A stretch of DNA of 64,000 bases, taken from a virus. Its lineage: Duplodnaviria; Caudoviricetes. This document shows positions 40,279 to 48,984 of the stretch, piece by piece. Within the stretch, counting starts at the first letter, position 1, and each line of letters begins with the position of its first letter. Under the pieces are notes generated by a model that was not told the origin of the DNA, made no database searches, and was given only the letters and a program-made list of their open reading frames with translations. The position numbers and the translations under genes are program-made. Location of the stretch: IMG/VR virus record IMGVR_UViG_3300029305_002795, positions 460 through 64,459 of that record. The stretch is one strand, 5' to 3'.

Positions 40279-41197
40279 TTTTTATTATGCAGGTATTCAA
40301 CATAAATCGGCTGACGATTTAATTGTTAGCTTAAATGGTAACTTGTTAAGAAGTTACTACAACGATAAAACAGCCATTGGCAAGTTAATAGAATTAAAAA
40401 AAGAGGGCAAGTGGAAAGGCAAACTATTGGTTGATAGTGGTGCCTTTACCTCTTGGACTAAAGGTGTAAAAATTTGTCCGGACGATTATATTAATTGGAT
40501 AAATGAAAATAGCGAGTATGTAGATTATTTTATACAACTCGATACAATTCCAGGAAGTCCCGATGAACCACCAACACTAGAACAAGCTAAACAAGCTACC
40601 GAAGAATCCTGGAATAACTATTTGTATATGTTAGAAAAGGTTAATTGTCCTTTCAAAATACTTCCTGTATTCCACAAAAGGGAACCTATTTCGTTTTTAA
40701 AACAAATTGTTGAACATAAAATCGACGGCAAACCAGTTGATTATATTTGTTTTGGTGGGTTGGCTCGTATTAGAAATTTAGCAGAGTCGGAACGTTGGTA
40801 TCGTGATTGTTTCGACGCTATACAACACAGTAGCAACCCAAATGTAAAAATCCATAATTTAGGGTGTGCCGATACGGATATTTTGGAAAAATACCCATTT
40901 TATAGCAGTGACGCTACAAGTTGGCTATTTAAAAGTAGTGTAGGCGCAATTATGACCGATTACGGAACAATTTTTGTAAGTAATAACGTAAGTAAGGAGT
41001 TTAAACATATCGAAAATTTAACTCCCGAAGTTAAACAACATATTTTAGAAGAGTGTGAAGAGTGGGGTTTAGATTTTGAACAACTAAAAGAAACTTATAA
41101 AGCACGCTCGTTGTTCAATGTTCGTTACCTGCAAAGATGGGCGGATAACTACCAATACAAAGGTCAAAAAAGTTTTAAAAGAAAAAGATTATTTTAG
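40259..41197 (+). CDS. dpdA: DpdA-like 7-deazaguanine DNA transglycosylase (TGT fold)
   Basis: LLVDSGAFTSW, FIQLDTIPG, LPVFH, FGG, IHNLG, YPFYSSDATSW; next to que genes. Confidence 0.85.
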   Translation: MSQSKFNFYYAGIQHKSADDLIVSLNGNLLRSYYNDKTAIGKLIELKKEGKWKGKLLVDSGAFTSWTKGVKICPDDYINWINENSEYVDYFIQLDTIPGSPDEPPTLEQAKQATEESWNNYLYMLEKVNCPFKILPVFHKREPISFLKQIVEHKIDGKPVDYICFGGLARIRNLAESERWYRDCFDAIQHSSNPNVKIHNLGCADTDILEKYPFYSSDATSWLFKSSVGAIMTDYGTIFVSNNVSKEFKHIENLTPEVKQHILEECEEWGLDFEQLKETYKARSLFNVRYLQRWADNYQYKGQKSFKRKRLF

Positions 41198-41205
41198 GAG
41201 GATAT

Positions 41206-42051
41206 ATGGAAAAGAAAATTGTACACAAAATTGAAGAAGGTATGAACCCTCAAGACGTACTTTGTACAACATACCAAATGAGAAATTTTTATCGTCAATT
41301 TGGAACTGGGTTTTTTAGTAATTTAGATGTAATGAACATTATACAACACCATAAAGCTGCAAAGATGTCTAAATCCGGAATGAACGTTTTAGACGTTTGT
41401 TGTGGTCGTTCAATGATGTTACCGTTGTTGCGCTATTATAGTAAAAATATTAACAGTTACACAGGGGTAGATATTAGTGAAACTAATATTAAAGAAGCAA
41501 AACGTGGTTGTGCAATTAGAAGCAAAGAGTTAGAAGAGGACGAGGTTGGAAATTACTACCCATTCAAAACTGACTGGGTTTTAAGTAACGTGGCTGAAAT
41601 GTCTAAACATTTAGAAGCCGGAACAATGGACTTTATCGTGTACACAAGTGCTATTGAGCATATGCATAAAGACGTTGGTTATCAGTCACTAAAAGAGTGT
41701 AAAACATTATTAGCAAAAGACGGTTTAATGTTTTTATCTTGTCCAAACACTCCTGGAAATGGTTATGAAACACAATATGCGGCACACGTTTATGAATGGG
41801 GTTACGACGAATTAAAAGAAGCGTTAGACGAATTAGGTTTTGAAATCGTGCAAGAAGTTGGTTTAGTGTTACAAGCAAAAGACGTTGAACCATTAATAGC
41901 AGAACAACCTGCCGAAGTTCAAGAATTTATCGGTAAATTAAAAGACTATTTACCAAGCGAATGGCTAACATCAATTTTAGCAATTCCTTTCCCAAAAACA
42001 GCAAAAGAAGTTTTATTTGTGGTTAAGAAAAAAGTTAATAAATTATTTTAA
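41206..42051 (+). CDS. Class I SAM-dependent methyltransferase, small-molecule (UbiG/Methyltransf_11-like) type
   Basis: VLDVCCG, YTGVDIS, DFIVYTSAIEHM, LAKDGLMFLSCPN; no DPPY/NPPY/PC DNA-MTase motif. Confidence 0.9.
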   Translation: MEKKIVHKIEEGMNPQDVLCTTYQMRNFYRQFGTGFFSNLDVMNIIQHHKAAKMSKSGMNVLDVCCGRSMMLPLLRYYSKNINSYTGVDISETNIKEAKRGCAIRSKELEEDEVGNYYPFKTDWVLSNVAEMSKHLEAGTMDFIVYTSAIEHMHKDVGYQSLKECKTLLAKDGLMFLSCPNTPGNGYETQYAAHVYEWGYDELKEALDELGFEIVQEVGLVLQAKDVEPLIAEQPAEVQEFIGKLKDYLPSEWLTSILAIPFPKTAKEVLFVVKKKVNKLF

Positions 42052-42054
42052 AAC

Positions 42055-42084
42055 TTTATAAAACCATTAAAAATAATATATGTT
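42055..42084 (+). promoter_or_regulatory. Phage-type promoter TTTATA-N18-TATGTT for queD-queE-folE-dnaN operon
   Basis: Repeated motif. Confidence 0.7.
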
Positions 42085-42103
42085 AATTAAGGGGGAAACC
42101 AAA

Positions 42104-42454
42104 ATGTATAAAGTAAGTAAACGAATGGAAATAGCAGGTTCACACCAACTTAACCTTAGCTATGAAAGTAAATGTGAAAACCTGCACGGACATAACTGGA
42201 TTGTAACTGTTTATGTACAAGCCGAAACACTAGACCAAGACGGAATGGTGATTGATTTTACACACCTAAAAAAATGTATTCATGGTAAATTAGACCACGC
42301 ACATTTGAACGACGTTGTGGACTGTAACCCTACTGCTGAAAATTTAGCTTTATGGATTGCACAGGAAGTTAATTTAATTCGTCCGGGGGCTAGTTGTTAC
42401 AAGGTAACAGTTCAAGAGTCCGAGGGTAACGTGGCAATTTGGGAGATGGATTAA
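42104..42454 (+). CDS. queD: 6-carboxytetrahydropterin synthase
   Basis: CENLHGHNW, IDF, LDH..LN, PTAENLA, ESEG. Confidence 0.95.
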   Translation: MYKVSKRMEIAGSHQLNLSYESKCENLHGHNWIVTVYVQAETLDQDGMVIDFTHLKKCIHGKLDHAHLNDVVDCNPTAENLALWIAQEVNLIRPGASCYKVTVQESEGNVAIWEMD

Positions 42455-42627
42455 TGGTAATTTTACACAAATCCACGTTTGATATAAAATTGAGTTCCAC
42501 TAAAGCACACCACATAAATGACGCCGAGTGGCAGGAATTAGTACAAGTTTTAGAACAATATTGTGCTAAATATAACTATGTTATAAGTAACTTAGATTTA
42601 ATTATGGAGAAGTATAATGAAAATTAA
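42454..42627 (+). CDS. 57-aa hypothetical protein inside que cluster
   Basis: TAATG coupling to queD; overlaps queE start. Confidence 0.6.
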   Translation: MVILHKSTFDIKLSSTKAHHINDAEWQELVQVLEQYCAKYNYVISNLDLIMEKYNEN

Positions 42628-43282
42628 TGAAATATTTAAGTCGATAAGTGGGGAAGCTGCAAAAGCAGGTTTTCCTGTAATTTTTATTAGAACTTACGGC
42701 TGTAATTTACGTTGCAGTTATTGTGATACAATGTATGCCGTAGAGGGTGGGGAATATAAAGAAATGACCCCTAAAGAAATTTTAGAAACTTGTGAAAACA
42801 TGAACTTAAAACGTGTAGTTTTTACAGGTGGGGAACCATTAATCCAGCCAGATGCTGCCGAGTTAGTGGATTTACTTTGTAACAATGGTTACGAAGTAGA
42901 AATTGAAACAAATGGTGCGGTCAGTTTACCAAAGTTTCACCAAACGTTAAGAACAAAAAATAAATACAAACTTTCATACACAATGGATTATAAAGGTCAT
43001 TCAAGTTTAATGACTAAAAAAATGATAGAAGAAAATTTAGAATTTTTATTAGATAAGGACGTTCTTAAATTTGTAGTAGGTTGCAGTGAAGACTTAATGC
43101 AGGTTTACGAAACATTAAAACATTACGACATTAGAGCCCAAGTGTTTATTAGTCCTGTATTTGGAAAAATCGAGCCTAAAGAAATTGTGGACTTTATTTT
43201 AACCAATAGTTTTTTAACGGATTGTAGAGTACAATTACAACTTCACAAATTAATTTGGGACGTAAATCAAAGAGGTGTATAG
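42617..43282 (+). CDS. queE: 7-carboxy-7-deazaguanine synthase (radical SAM)
   Basis: EIFKSISGE, FIRTYGCNLRCSYCDT, TGGEPL, ETNG, QLQLHK. Confidence 0.95.
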   Translation: MKINEIFKSISGEAAKAGFPVIFIRTYGCNLRCSYCDTMYAVEGGEYKEMTPKEILETCENMNLKRVVFTGGEPLIQPDAAELVDLLCNNGYEVEIETNGAVSLPKFHQTLRTKNKYKLSYTMDYKGHSSLMTKKMIEENLEFLLDKDVLKFVVGCSEDLMQVYETLKHYDIRAQVFISPVFGKIEPKEIVDFILTNSFLTDCRVQLQLHKLIWDVNQRGV

Positions 43283-43284
43283 TA

Positions 43285-43908
43285 ATGGCAGTAGATAAAA
43301 ATAAATTTATGTATGAAGAATATGACGGAACAAAAAAGTTTCGTGATTTTAGTGTTAAATACCATTGTAATGAGTTATTAAAAGCATTAGGGGCTGACCT
43401 AGAAAGTCCTGGAATGTGTGAAACTCCGGAACGAATGGCTAAATATTTAATGGAAGTATTTGAAGGACAATTATACACAAACGAAGAAATTGCCAAAAAA
43501 TTCGATAAACAATTTGAAATCGGTAGTGATGACTTAGTTATTGTAAAAGACATTACAGTATTTAGTCATTGTGAACATCATATGGCTTTAATGTATGATG
43601 GCAAAATCGCAATCGCATATTTACCACAAGACGGCAAAGTGTTAGGACTATCGAAGTTTGCAAGAATTGCGGAGTTAGTTTGTAAAAGATTCCAAGTTCA
43701 AGAACGAATTGTACGAGATATTGCGGAAGTGTTGACGCTATTAGGCATGAAAGACTTTATGGTCGTTATGTACGATACTAAGCACGCTTGCATGACTACA
43801 CGTGGGGTCAAAAACTATACTTCTAAAACCGACGCATTATTAACAAAAGGTTTATTTAGAGAAAAAGACCAATTAGAAGATAGAGTATTAAGGTCATTAG
43901 GACTATAA
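43285..43908 (+). CDS. folE: GTP cyclohydrolase I
   Basis: ETPERMAK, FSHCEHHM, GLSKFARI, QVQER, HACMTTRG. Confidence 0.95.
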   Translation: MAVDKNKFMYEEYDGTKKFRDFSVKYHCNELLKALGADLESPGMCETPERMAKYLMEVFEGQLYTNEEIAKKFDKQFEIGSDDLVIVKDITVFSHCEHHMALMYDGKIAIAYLPQDGKVLGLSKFARIAELVCKRFQVQERIVRDIAEVLTLLGMKDFMVVMYDTKHACMTTRGVKNYTSKTDALLTKGLFREKDQLEDRVLRSLGL

Positions 43909-43923
43909 CGAAAAGGAGCAAAA

Positions 43924-45009
43924 ATGTTAAAAGTAAAAACAAAAACACTACAAGAAATGACACAAAAGGCAATGAAAGGTGCTAGTAACAATAAAATTTT
44001 GCCTTTAACAAGTATGTTAGCAATTGAATTAAAAACTAACGTATTAACTTTAACAACAACCGACTTTTCTAATTATTTAGAAATTAAACAAGACAAAGTA
44101 GAAGGTGAAGATTTTTATGTCGTTGTACAGGCTGATATTTTTAGTAAACTTATTGGAAAGCTTTCAACAGAAGAAGTAACATTAACAGTTGAAGGAAATG
44201 TATTAACAGTAAAAGCAAACGGAACTTATAAACTAGAATTACCAGTTGATGAAGATGGTTCTTTAGTACAATTTCCTGAATATAAGAAAAATTTAGATGC
44301 GACTACTACATTTATTAAACTAGCAACTTTAAAATCTATTTTAACAACAAACAAAGCGTCAGTTGCGCAGGATATGGTTGTACCTGCTTTAACAGGTTAT
44401 TATATTGACGCAAACGGTGTTTTAACAAGTGATAGTTTTGTAGCTTGTCATAATAAAGTAACGGGATTAAATGATTCATTTATGTTACCTTGTCAAGTTG
44501 TTGAACTGTTTAACGTTTTAGACCAAGAAGACGTAAGTGTTACAGTTGGTGAAACAGACGTTGTGTTTGACACAAATGGCGCAACAATTTACGGTAAACT
44601 ATTAATGGAAAAAGATAATTTCCCAGTAGAAGCTATTAACAACTATTTGAAAACTTCTTTCGATAGTAAATGTAAATTGCCAAAAGACGCATTATTAAGT
44701 GTTTTAGACCGTATGATTTTATTTGTTGGCAATTACGATAAAAATGAAGTGTATTTAACATTTACAACAGACGGCATTACATTTGAAAGTAGAAAAGGTA
44801 CTGGTAAGGAACTTGTTAAATACGGTGAAAGTGAAAACTTTAAACCATTTACTTGCTGTATCGACATTGAAATTTTAAAAGCACAAATACAAGCACAACA
44901 AACAGAAGTAATTGACTTGTATTACGGCAACCCTGGCGCTATTAAATTAGCTTCTGGCGCTATTGTACAAATTGTTTCTTTAAGCGAAGATGACAGGGTA
45001 GGTGCATAA
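43924..45009 (+). CDS. dnaN: Sliding clamp, DNA polymerase III beta-like
   Basis: 361 aa; N..ILP, LTLTTTD, LTGYY, TSD, GKL...FP, L.VLDRM three-domain pattern. Confidence 0.9.
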   Translation: MLKVKTKTLQEMTQKAMKGASNNKILPLTSMLAIELKTNVLTLTTTDFSNYLEIKQDKVEGEDFYVVVQADIFSKLIGKLSTEEVTLTVEGNVLTVKANGTYKLELPVDEDGSLVQFPEYKKNLDATTTFIKLATLKSILTTNKASVAQDMVVPALTGYYIDANGVLTSDSFVACHNKVTGLNDSFMLPCQVVELFNVLDQEDVSVTVGETDVVFDTNGATIYGKLLMEKDNFPVEAINNYLKTSFDSKCKLPKDALLSVLDRMILFVGNYDKNEVYLTFTTDGITFESRKGTGKELVKYGESENFKPFTCCIDIEILKAQIQAQQTEVIDLYYGNPGAIKLASGAIVQIVSLSEDDRVGA

Positions 45010-45010
45010 A

Positions 45011-45811
45011 ATGGCAAGATTGAACTTAACTAATTTGACAAAGTTAGTTAAAAGTTCTACAGAGGAGGGCGTTGCGGACTCGCAACGCTTTCTTATGGAA
45101 CTTTTGAATAGTATTGAAAAAACGGAAAACGAAAGTAAACAAGGAAAAAGTAGCGTGGCATATAAACCTTCTTCTATGAATTGTGTTCGCATGATGTACT
45201 ATTACATGACAGATGCCCAAAAAGATGAACAACCAATGGAAGCCGGACTAATCGGTATTTGTGAAAGTGGTACAGACCGACACGAAAGAATCCAGCAAGC
45301 AATTTGCGATATGAAAAAGAATGGGTACGAGTGCGAATATATAGACGTCGCTACCTATATTAAAGAAAACAATATCCCGGATTTGGAAATTATCGAACAA
45401 AAAGGGTATGAAACAAAACTTTGGCACAAAACTTTAAATTTACGTTTTATGTGTGACGGAATTATTAATTATCGTGGAAACCATTTTATTTTAGAAATTA
45501 AAACAGAAGCAAGTTTTAAATGGCAATCTCGTGAAGGTGTAGACCCTGCACACTATACACAAGCTTGCACTTATAGTCATTGCTTTAAAATACCTAATGT
45601 TTTATTTTTGTATGAAAATAGGGATAATTGTGGCAAAAAATGTTTTGTTTACACACCAACAAAAGAACAAATTGAAGAATTAGTGTTAAATAAAATAGCG
45701 GACTGCGATAAACATATTAACGAAAACCGAGTTCCGGCAATACCTGCCAATGTAACGGCTAAAACTTGCCGTTATTGTGTGTACAAAACAATTTGCAAAG
45801 GTACTTTTTAA
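45011..45811 (+). CDS. PD-(D/E)XK exonuclease (Cas4/RecB-like)
   Basis: KPSSMNC.R, GT..HE.IQ, CDGI, LEIKT, Q...Y, C.YC.Y...C. Confidence 0.85.
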   Translation: MARLNLTNLTKLVKSSTEEGVADSQRFLMELLNSIEKTENESKQGKSSVAYKPSSMNCVRMMYYYMTDAQKDEQPMEAGLIGICESGTDRHERIQQAICDMKKNGYECEYIDVATYIKENNIPDLEIIEQKGYETKLWHKTLNLRFMCDGIINYRGNHFILEIKTEASFKWQSREGVDPAHYTQACTYSHCFKIPNVLFLYENRDNCGKKCFVYTPTKEQIEELVLNKIADCDKHINENRVPAIPANVTAKTCRYCVYKTICKGTF

Positions 45812-46293
45812 TGAAAAATTGTGGCAAAGTATTTGAAAAAGAAATTCGTAAGCAATTTGACGATTTACGTGACGTTTCGGTAGATAGAATTAATGACAAC
45901 GTTGGCTATGCTGGTGCCTATAATATAGCCGATTTAATTGTCTATCGTAAACCATATAAATATTACATTGAACTAAAAAGTACAAAAGGAACAAGTTTTC
46001 CGTTTGACAGGGTTAATTTAAGAGCTTTAACAGATATGCAATACGCCTCGTTAGTTACTGGGGTGGATTGCTATTTTATTATATGGTTTATTGATTTAGA
46101 TAGAACTATCGCTATTAATGCTAGGGAACTTTATAATCAAATACACGTTCACGAAAGAAAAAGTATAGGAACTAAATCTTTTCAACATTTCGATTTTATC
46201 GAGGTACAAGGCGAAAAGAAACGAAAATACTATAAATATAACCTAATCGAATTATTAGATGAATTTGACAAGGAAACGAGAAGAAATGGCTAA
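45811..46293 (+). CDS. RecU-like Holliday junction resolvase
   Basis: GKVFEKEI, DLIVY, YIELKST..TSFPF. Confidence 0.75.
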   Translation: MKNCGKVFEKEIRKQFDDLRDVSVDRINDNVGYAGAYNIADLIVYRKPYKYYIELKSTKGTSFPFDRVNLRALTDMQYASLVTGVDCYFIIWFIDLDRTIAINARELYNQIHVHERKSIGTKSFQHFDFIEVQGEKKRKYYKYNLIELLDEFDKETRRNG

Positions 46294-46822
46294 ATTAAAT
46301 ACAGAAAGTTTGTTATTAAAAACCGACCCTGAAAAAATTAGGGAAACGGAAAATAAAATTAAAGAAAATGCGTCTAAGGTGGACGAAATTGTACAACGTT
46401 TAGTTGACGATTATGCAAAACCATTAGACCAATATATTGAACAATGTACGCAAATAATTACAGACCAACAAAACCCACCAACTGACGAGGAGTTGGACGA
46501 TATGTGCATGACTATTCCTTGTTACTTATATTTTACAGGGGAAGGACAGGAAGCATTAGGGTTACGTGAAGATATTGCAAAGGCAATTAAAATGGAATTG
46601 TATAACAATGCGTACGAACAAGCGACAGGTACAATTGCGGATAAAACTGCAACTGCCGAGTTAGCAAGCCAACACGAATTTATTATTCATAGTTGTTACC
46701 AAAGAGCCTATAAACAATTAAAAATAAAATATGAAATAGGCTTGGAACTTTTAAATAGTATTAAAAAAGTAATTAGTAGACGTCAAAATGCCCTTAACTT
46801 AACAGGCAGGGCTCATAATTAG
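46286..46822 (+). CDS. Hypothetical helical protein (possible recombination mediator)
   Basis: Directly upstream of recA; SIKKVISRR C-terminus; function speculative. Confidence 0.55.
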   Translation: MAKLNTESLLLKTDPEKIRETENKIKENASKVDEIVQRLVDDYAKPLDQYIEQCTQIITDQQNPPTDEELDDMCMTIPCYLYFTGEGQEALGLREDIAKAIKMELYNNAYEQATGTIADKTATAELASQHEFIIHSCYQRAYKQLKIKYEIGLELLNSIKKVISRRQNALNLTGRAHN

Positions 46823-46830
46823 GAGGGTTT

Positions 46831-47976
46831 ATGAGTAAACTGGATGAATTATTTACCGAAATAAATAAGACCTATAAGGAACAAGTCGCAACAGTTGGTA
46901 AAGTACGACCAAAATTATCCGTTATACCATTATCTAGCTTAACTGCTTGTTATAGTTTATACGGTGGTATTCCAAGGGGACGAGTTATTGAATTTTTTGG
47001 GGAAGAAAATGGTGGTAAAACAACAACTGCTTTAGACATTGTAGCTAACGCACAAAAGTGTTTTCAACAAGAGTATGAACACGAAATTCAAAGTTTAGAA
47101 AGTCAACCTAAATTAAATAAGACCGACGAACAGAGATTGCAATATTTGCAAAACAGGGGCAGGGGTCAAGCTATTATTTGGATTGACTGTGAAAATACTT
47201 TTGACGAGGACTGGGCTAGAACATTAGGGGTAAACGTTGAAACCCTTTATTTTATGCAACCATTATCACAAAGTGCGGAACAGATTTTCGACAATATTGA
47301 AAGTATGGTTAATACTGGGGAAGTTGGTTTAGTTGTTTTAGATAGTCTTGGTGCAATGTTATCGCAACAAGAGTGGGAAAAAAGTATGGAAGAAAAAACA
47401 TACTGCGGAATAGCCGGACCGCTTACAAGGTTTAGTAAAAAGATAGAATACGCTTGTGCTAGATACGGTTGTACGTTTATTGGCATAAACCAAATGCGTG
47501 AGGACATTTCTAATAGTTATAGTGTGTATAAAACTCCGGGCGGAAAAACTTGGAAGCACGTTTGTTCATTACGTTTAATGTTTAGTAAAGGATGTTATTA
47601 CAGTGAACAATACAAAGACTTAACAAGAAGTGCAGACGGTGCGGCTGGCAATTACGTTAATTTACGAATTGAAAAAACTAAAGTATGTAAACCGGATAGA
47701 AAGAATGGTAGTTATACCCTAAATTATTCTTTAGGTGTGGATAAGTATATGGATTTAGTAGAAGTGGCGTTAAAATACGGCTTAATTGTACAGACTGGGG
47801 CTTGGTACACTATAATGCAGGATATAGAAAATGGTGAACCGTTGTCCGACGCTGAAGGCAATTTACTTAAATTTAATGGTAAATCTAAACTTATTGAGTT
47901 TTTAAGGGAAGAATGGGAACTTTATAATTGTTTAGAACAAATATTATTGGAGCAAATTAGTGGCACTATTCAATAA
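46831..47976 (+). CDS. recA: RecA/UvsX-like recombinase
   Basis: GGIPRGRVIEFFGEENGGKTT, WIDCENTFD, VVLDSLGAM, INQMRE, TPGGK. Confidence 0.95.
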   Translation: MSKLDELFTEINKTYKEQVATVGKVRPKLSVIPLSSLTACYSLYGGIPRGRVIEFFGEENGGKTTTALDIVANAQKCFQQEYEHEIQSLESQPKLNKTDEQRLQYLQNRGRGQAIIWIDCENTFDEDWARTLGVNVETLYFMQPLSQSAEQIFDNIESMVNTGEVGLVVLDSLGAMLSQQEWEKSMEEKTYCGIAGPLTRFSKKIEYACARYGCTFIGINQMREDISNSYSVYKTPGGKTWKHVCSLRLMFSKGCYYSEQYKDLTRSADGAAGNYVNLRIEKTKVCKPDRKNGSYTLNYSLGVDKYMDLVEVALKYGLIVQTGAWYTIMQDIENGEPLSDAEGNLLKFNGKSKLIEFLREEWELYNCLEQILLEQISGTIQ

Positions 47977-48304
47977 AAATGAAATAAACATTAGTCCTAA
48001 AATTCTGGAACTAATAAATAGACGTAGACGTCAAATATTAGTTCATTCGTACCTTTACTATAAATGGGATACTAACTTAATTAGCGATTTTACTTTTGAC
48101 AGTTGGTGCAAGGAATTGTTTAAACTCCAAAAACAGTACCCAAGAGAAACAGAAAAAGCAGTATTTCCGGAAGCCTTTAAGAATTGGACTGGTTTTAGTG
48201 GGTACGATTTATTTTCTCACGATAACATGACGGAAGCTTGGGCTAGGTTTAAAGCGCTACAACTCGATACATTTTATAAAAACAATAAAAATAATATATG
48301 TTAG
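47960..48304 (+). CDS. Stand-alone protein resembling domain Ia of NAD-dependent DNA ligase
   Basis: HSYLYY..D..ISD..FD....EL..LQ..YP matches the LigA Ia pattern; no adenylation domain. Confidence 0.7.
   Translation: MALFNKNEINISPKILELINRRRRQILVHSYLYYKWDTNLISDFTFDSWCKELFKLQKQYPRETEKAVFPEAFKNWTGFSGYDLFSHDNMTEAWARFKALQLDTFYKNNKNNIC
48273..48302 (+). promoter_or_regulatory. Phage-type promoter TTTATA-N18-TATGTT for resolvase/clamp-loader operon
   Basis: Repeated motif. Confidence 0.7.
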
Positions 48305-48322
48305 TTGTAAGGGGGTTATTAC

Positions 48323-48646
48323 GTGAATACTCGAAAATATAGTTCAAAACAAGAAAAGTATGTGGCTAAATCATTAGGTGGTAAAGTTCAACCAAATAGT
48401 GGAGCTACCCCATTTTTAAAGGGTGATGTTGTGGCTAATGATTGGTTAGTAGAATGTAAAACTCAAACAACCAGTAAAAAATCTATAACCATTAAGAAAG
48501 AGTGGTTAGAAAAATTAGAGGAAGAACGTTTTGCAATGAGAAAACCAAATATGACGTTAGCTTTTAATTTTGGACCGGATGAAGAAATATATTATGTAAT
48601 AACCGAAAAAACAATGAAAACGTTAATGAAGGGAGAAAGAGAATGA
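48323..48646 (+). CDS. Hjc-like PD-(D/E)XK nuclease/resolvase
   Basis: QE..VAK.LGG..QPNSGA...KGDV...LVECKT. Confidence 0.8.
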   Translation: MNTRKYSSKQEKYVAKSLGGKVQPNSGATPFLKGDVVANDWLVECKTQTTSKKSITIKKEWLEKLEEERFAMRKPNMTLAFNFGPDEEIYYVITEKTMKTLMKGERE

Positions 48647-48984
48647 ACGTTGAAAGAGAACTACTTAAATACTTATTATTAGAAAAAATTCAGGAATCGG
48701 ATTTTAAACGTGTGGAAATAACACGATACGAAGATAACGCAGTTGGCGTTAAATTAGAGGGTCAACCTTTTGGTGTTATTGGGGGACTAATTGCAGCGGT
48801 TAGGGCAGTAGCCGAAAGCGGTCATATGACAACCGACGCCGTAATAGAAATGATTCAATTGGGTGTAGATTTCACAGAGCAACGAGAAACAACAAAACTC
48901 GTAGGGGACGATGAAACGCCCGAAATATTTAAAATGTTTGAAAACTACATTAAAAACGATTTAACTGAAGAAGGAGAGGAATAA
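48643..48984 (+). CDS. Hypothetical protein
   Basis: Coupled ORF with GGAG RBS. Confidence 0.7.
   Translation: MNVERELLKYLLLEKIQESDFKRVEITRYEDNAVGVKLEGQPFGVIGGLIAAVRAVAESGHMTTDAVIEMIQLGVDFTEQRETTKLVGDDETPEIFKMFENYIKNDLTEEGEE

Noticed and set aside
41206-42051. Ordinary DNA adenine/cytosine methyltransferase
   Set aside because: Lacks DPPY/NPPY/SPPY or PC catalytic motifs; motif set is small-molecule class I
42052-42103. preQ1 riboswitch upstream of que genes
   Set aside because: Intergenic space holds only the promoter and RBS; no preQ1-I stem and A-rich tail pattern
45011-45811. Cas4-like gene as part of a CRISPR system
   Set aside because: No repeat-spacer array or other cas genes; sits in the recombination module. 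The short repeat arrays lack unique spacers of regular length
47060-47165. Intein in RecA (Cys-starting insertion after Walker A)
   Set aside because: Only about 35 aa, helical, lacks a His-Asn/Cys-Ser-Thr splice junction
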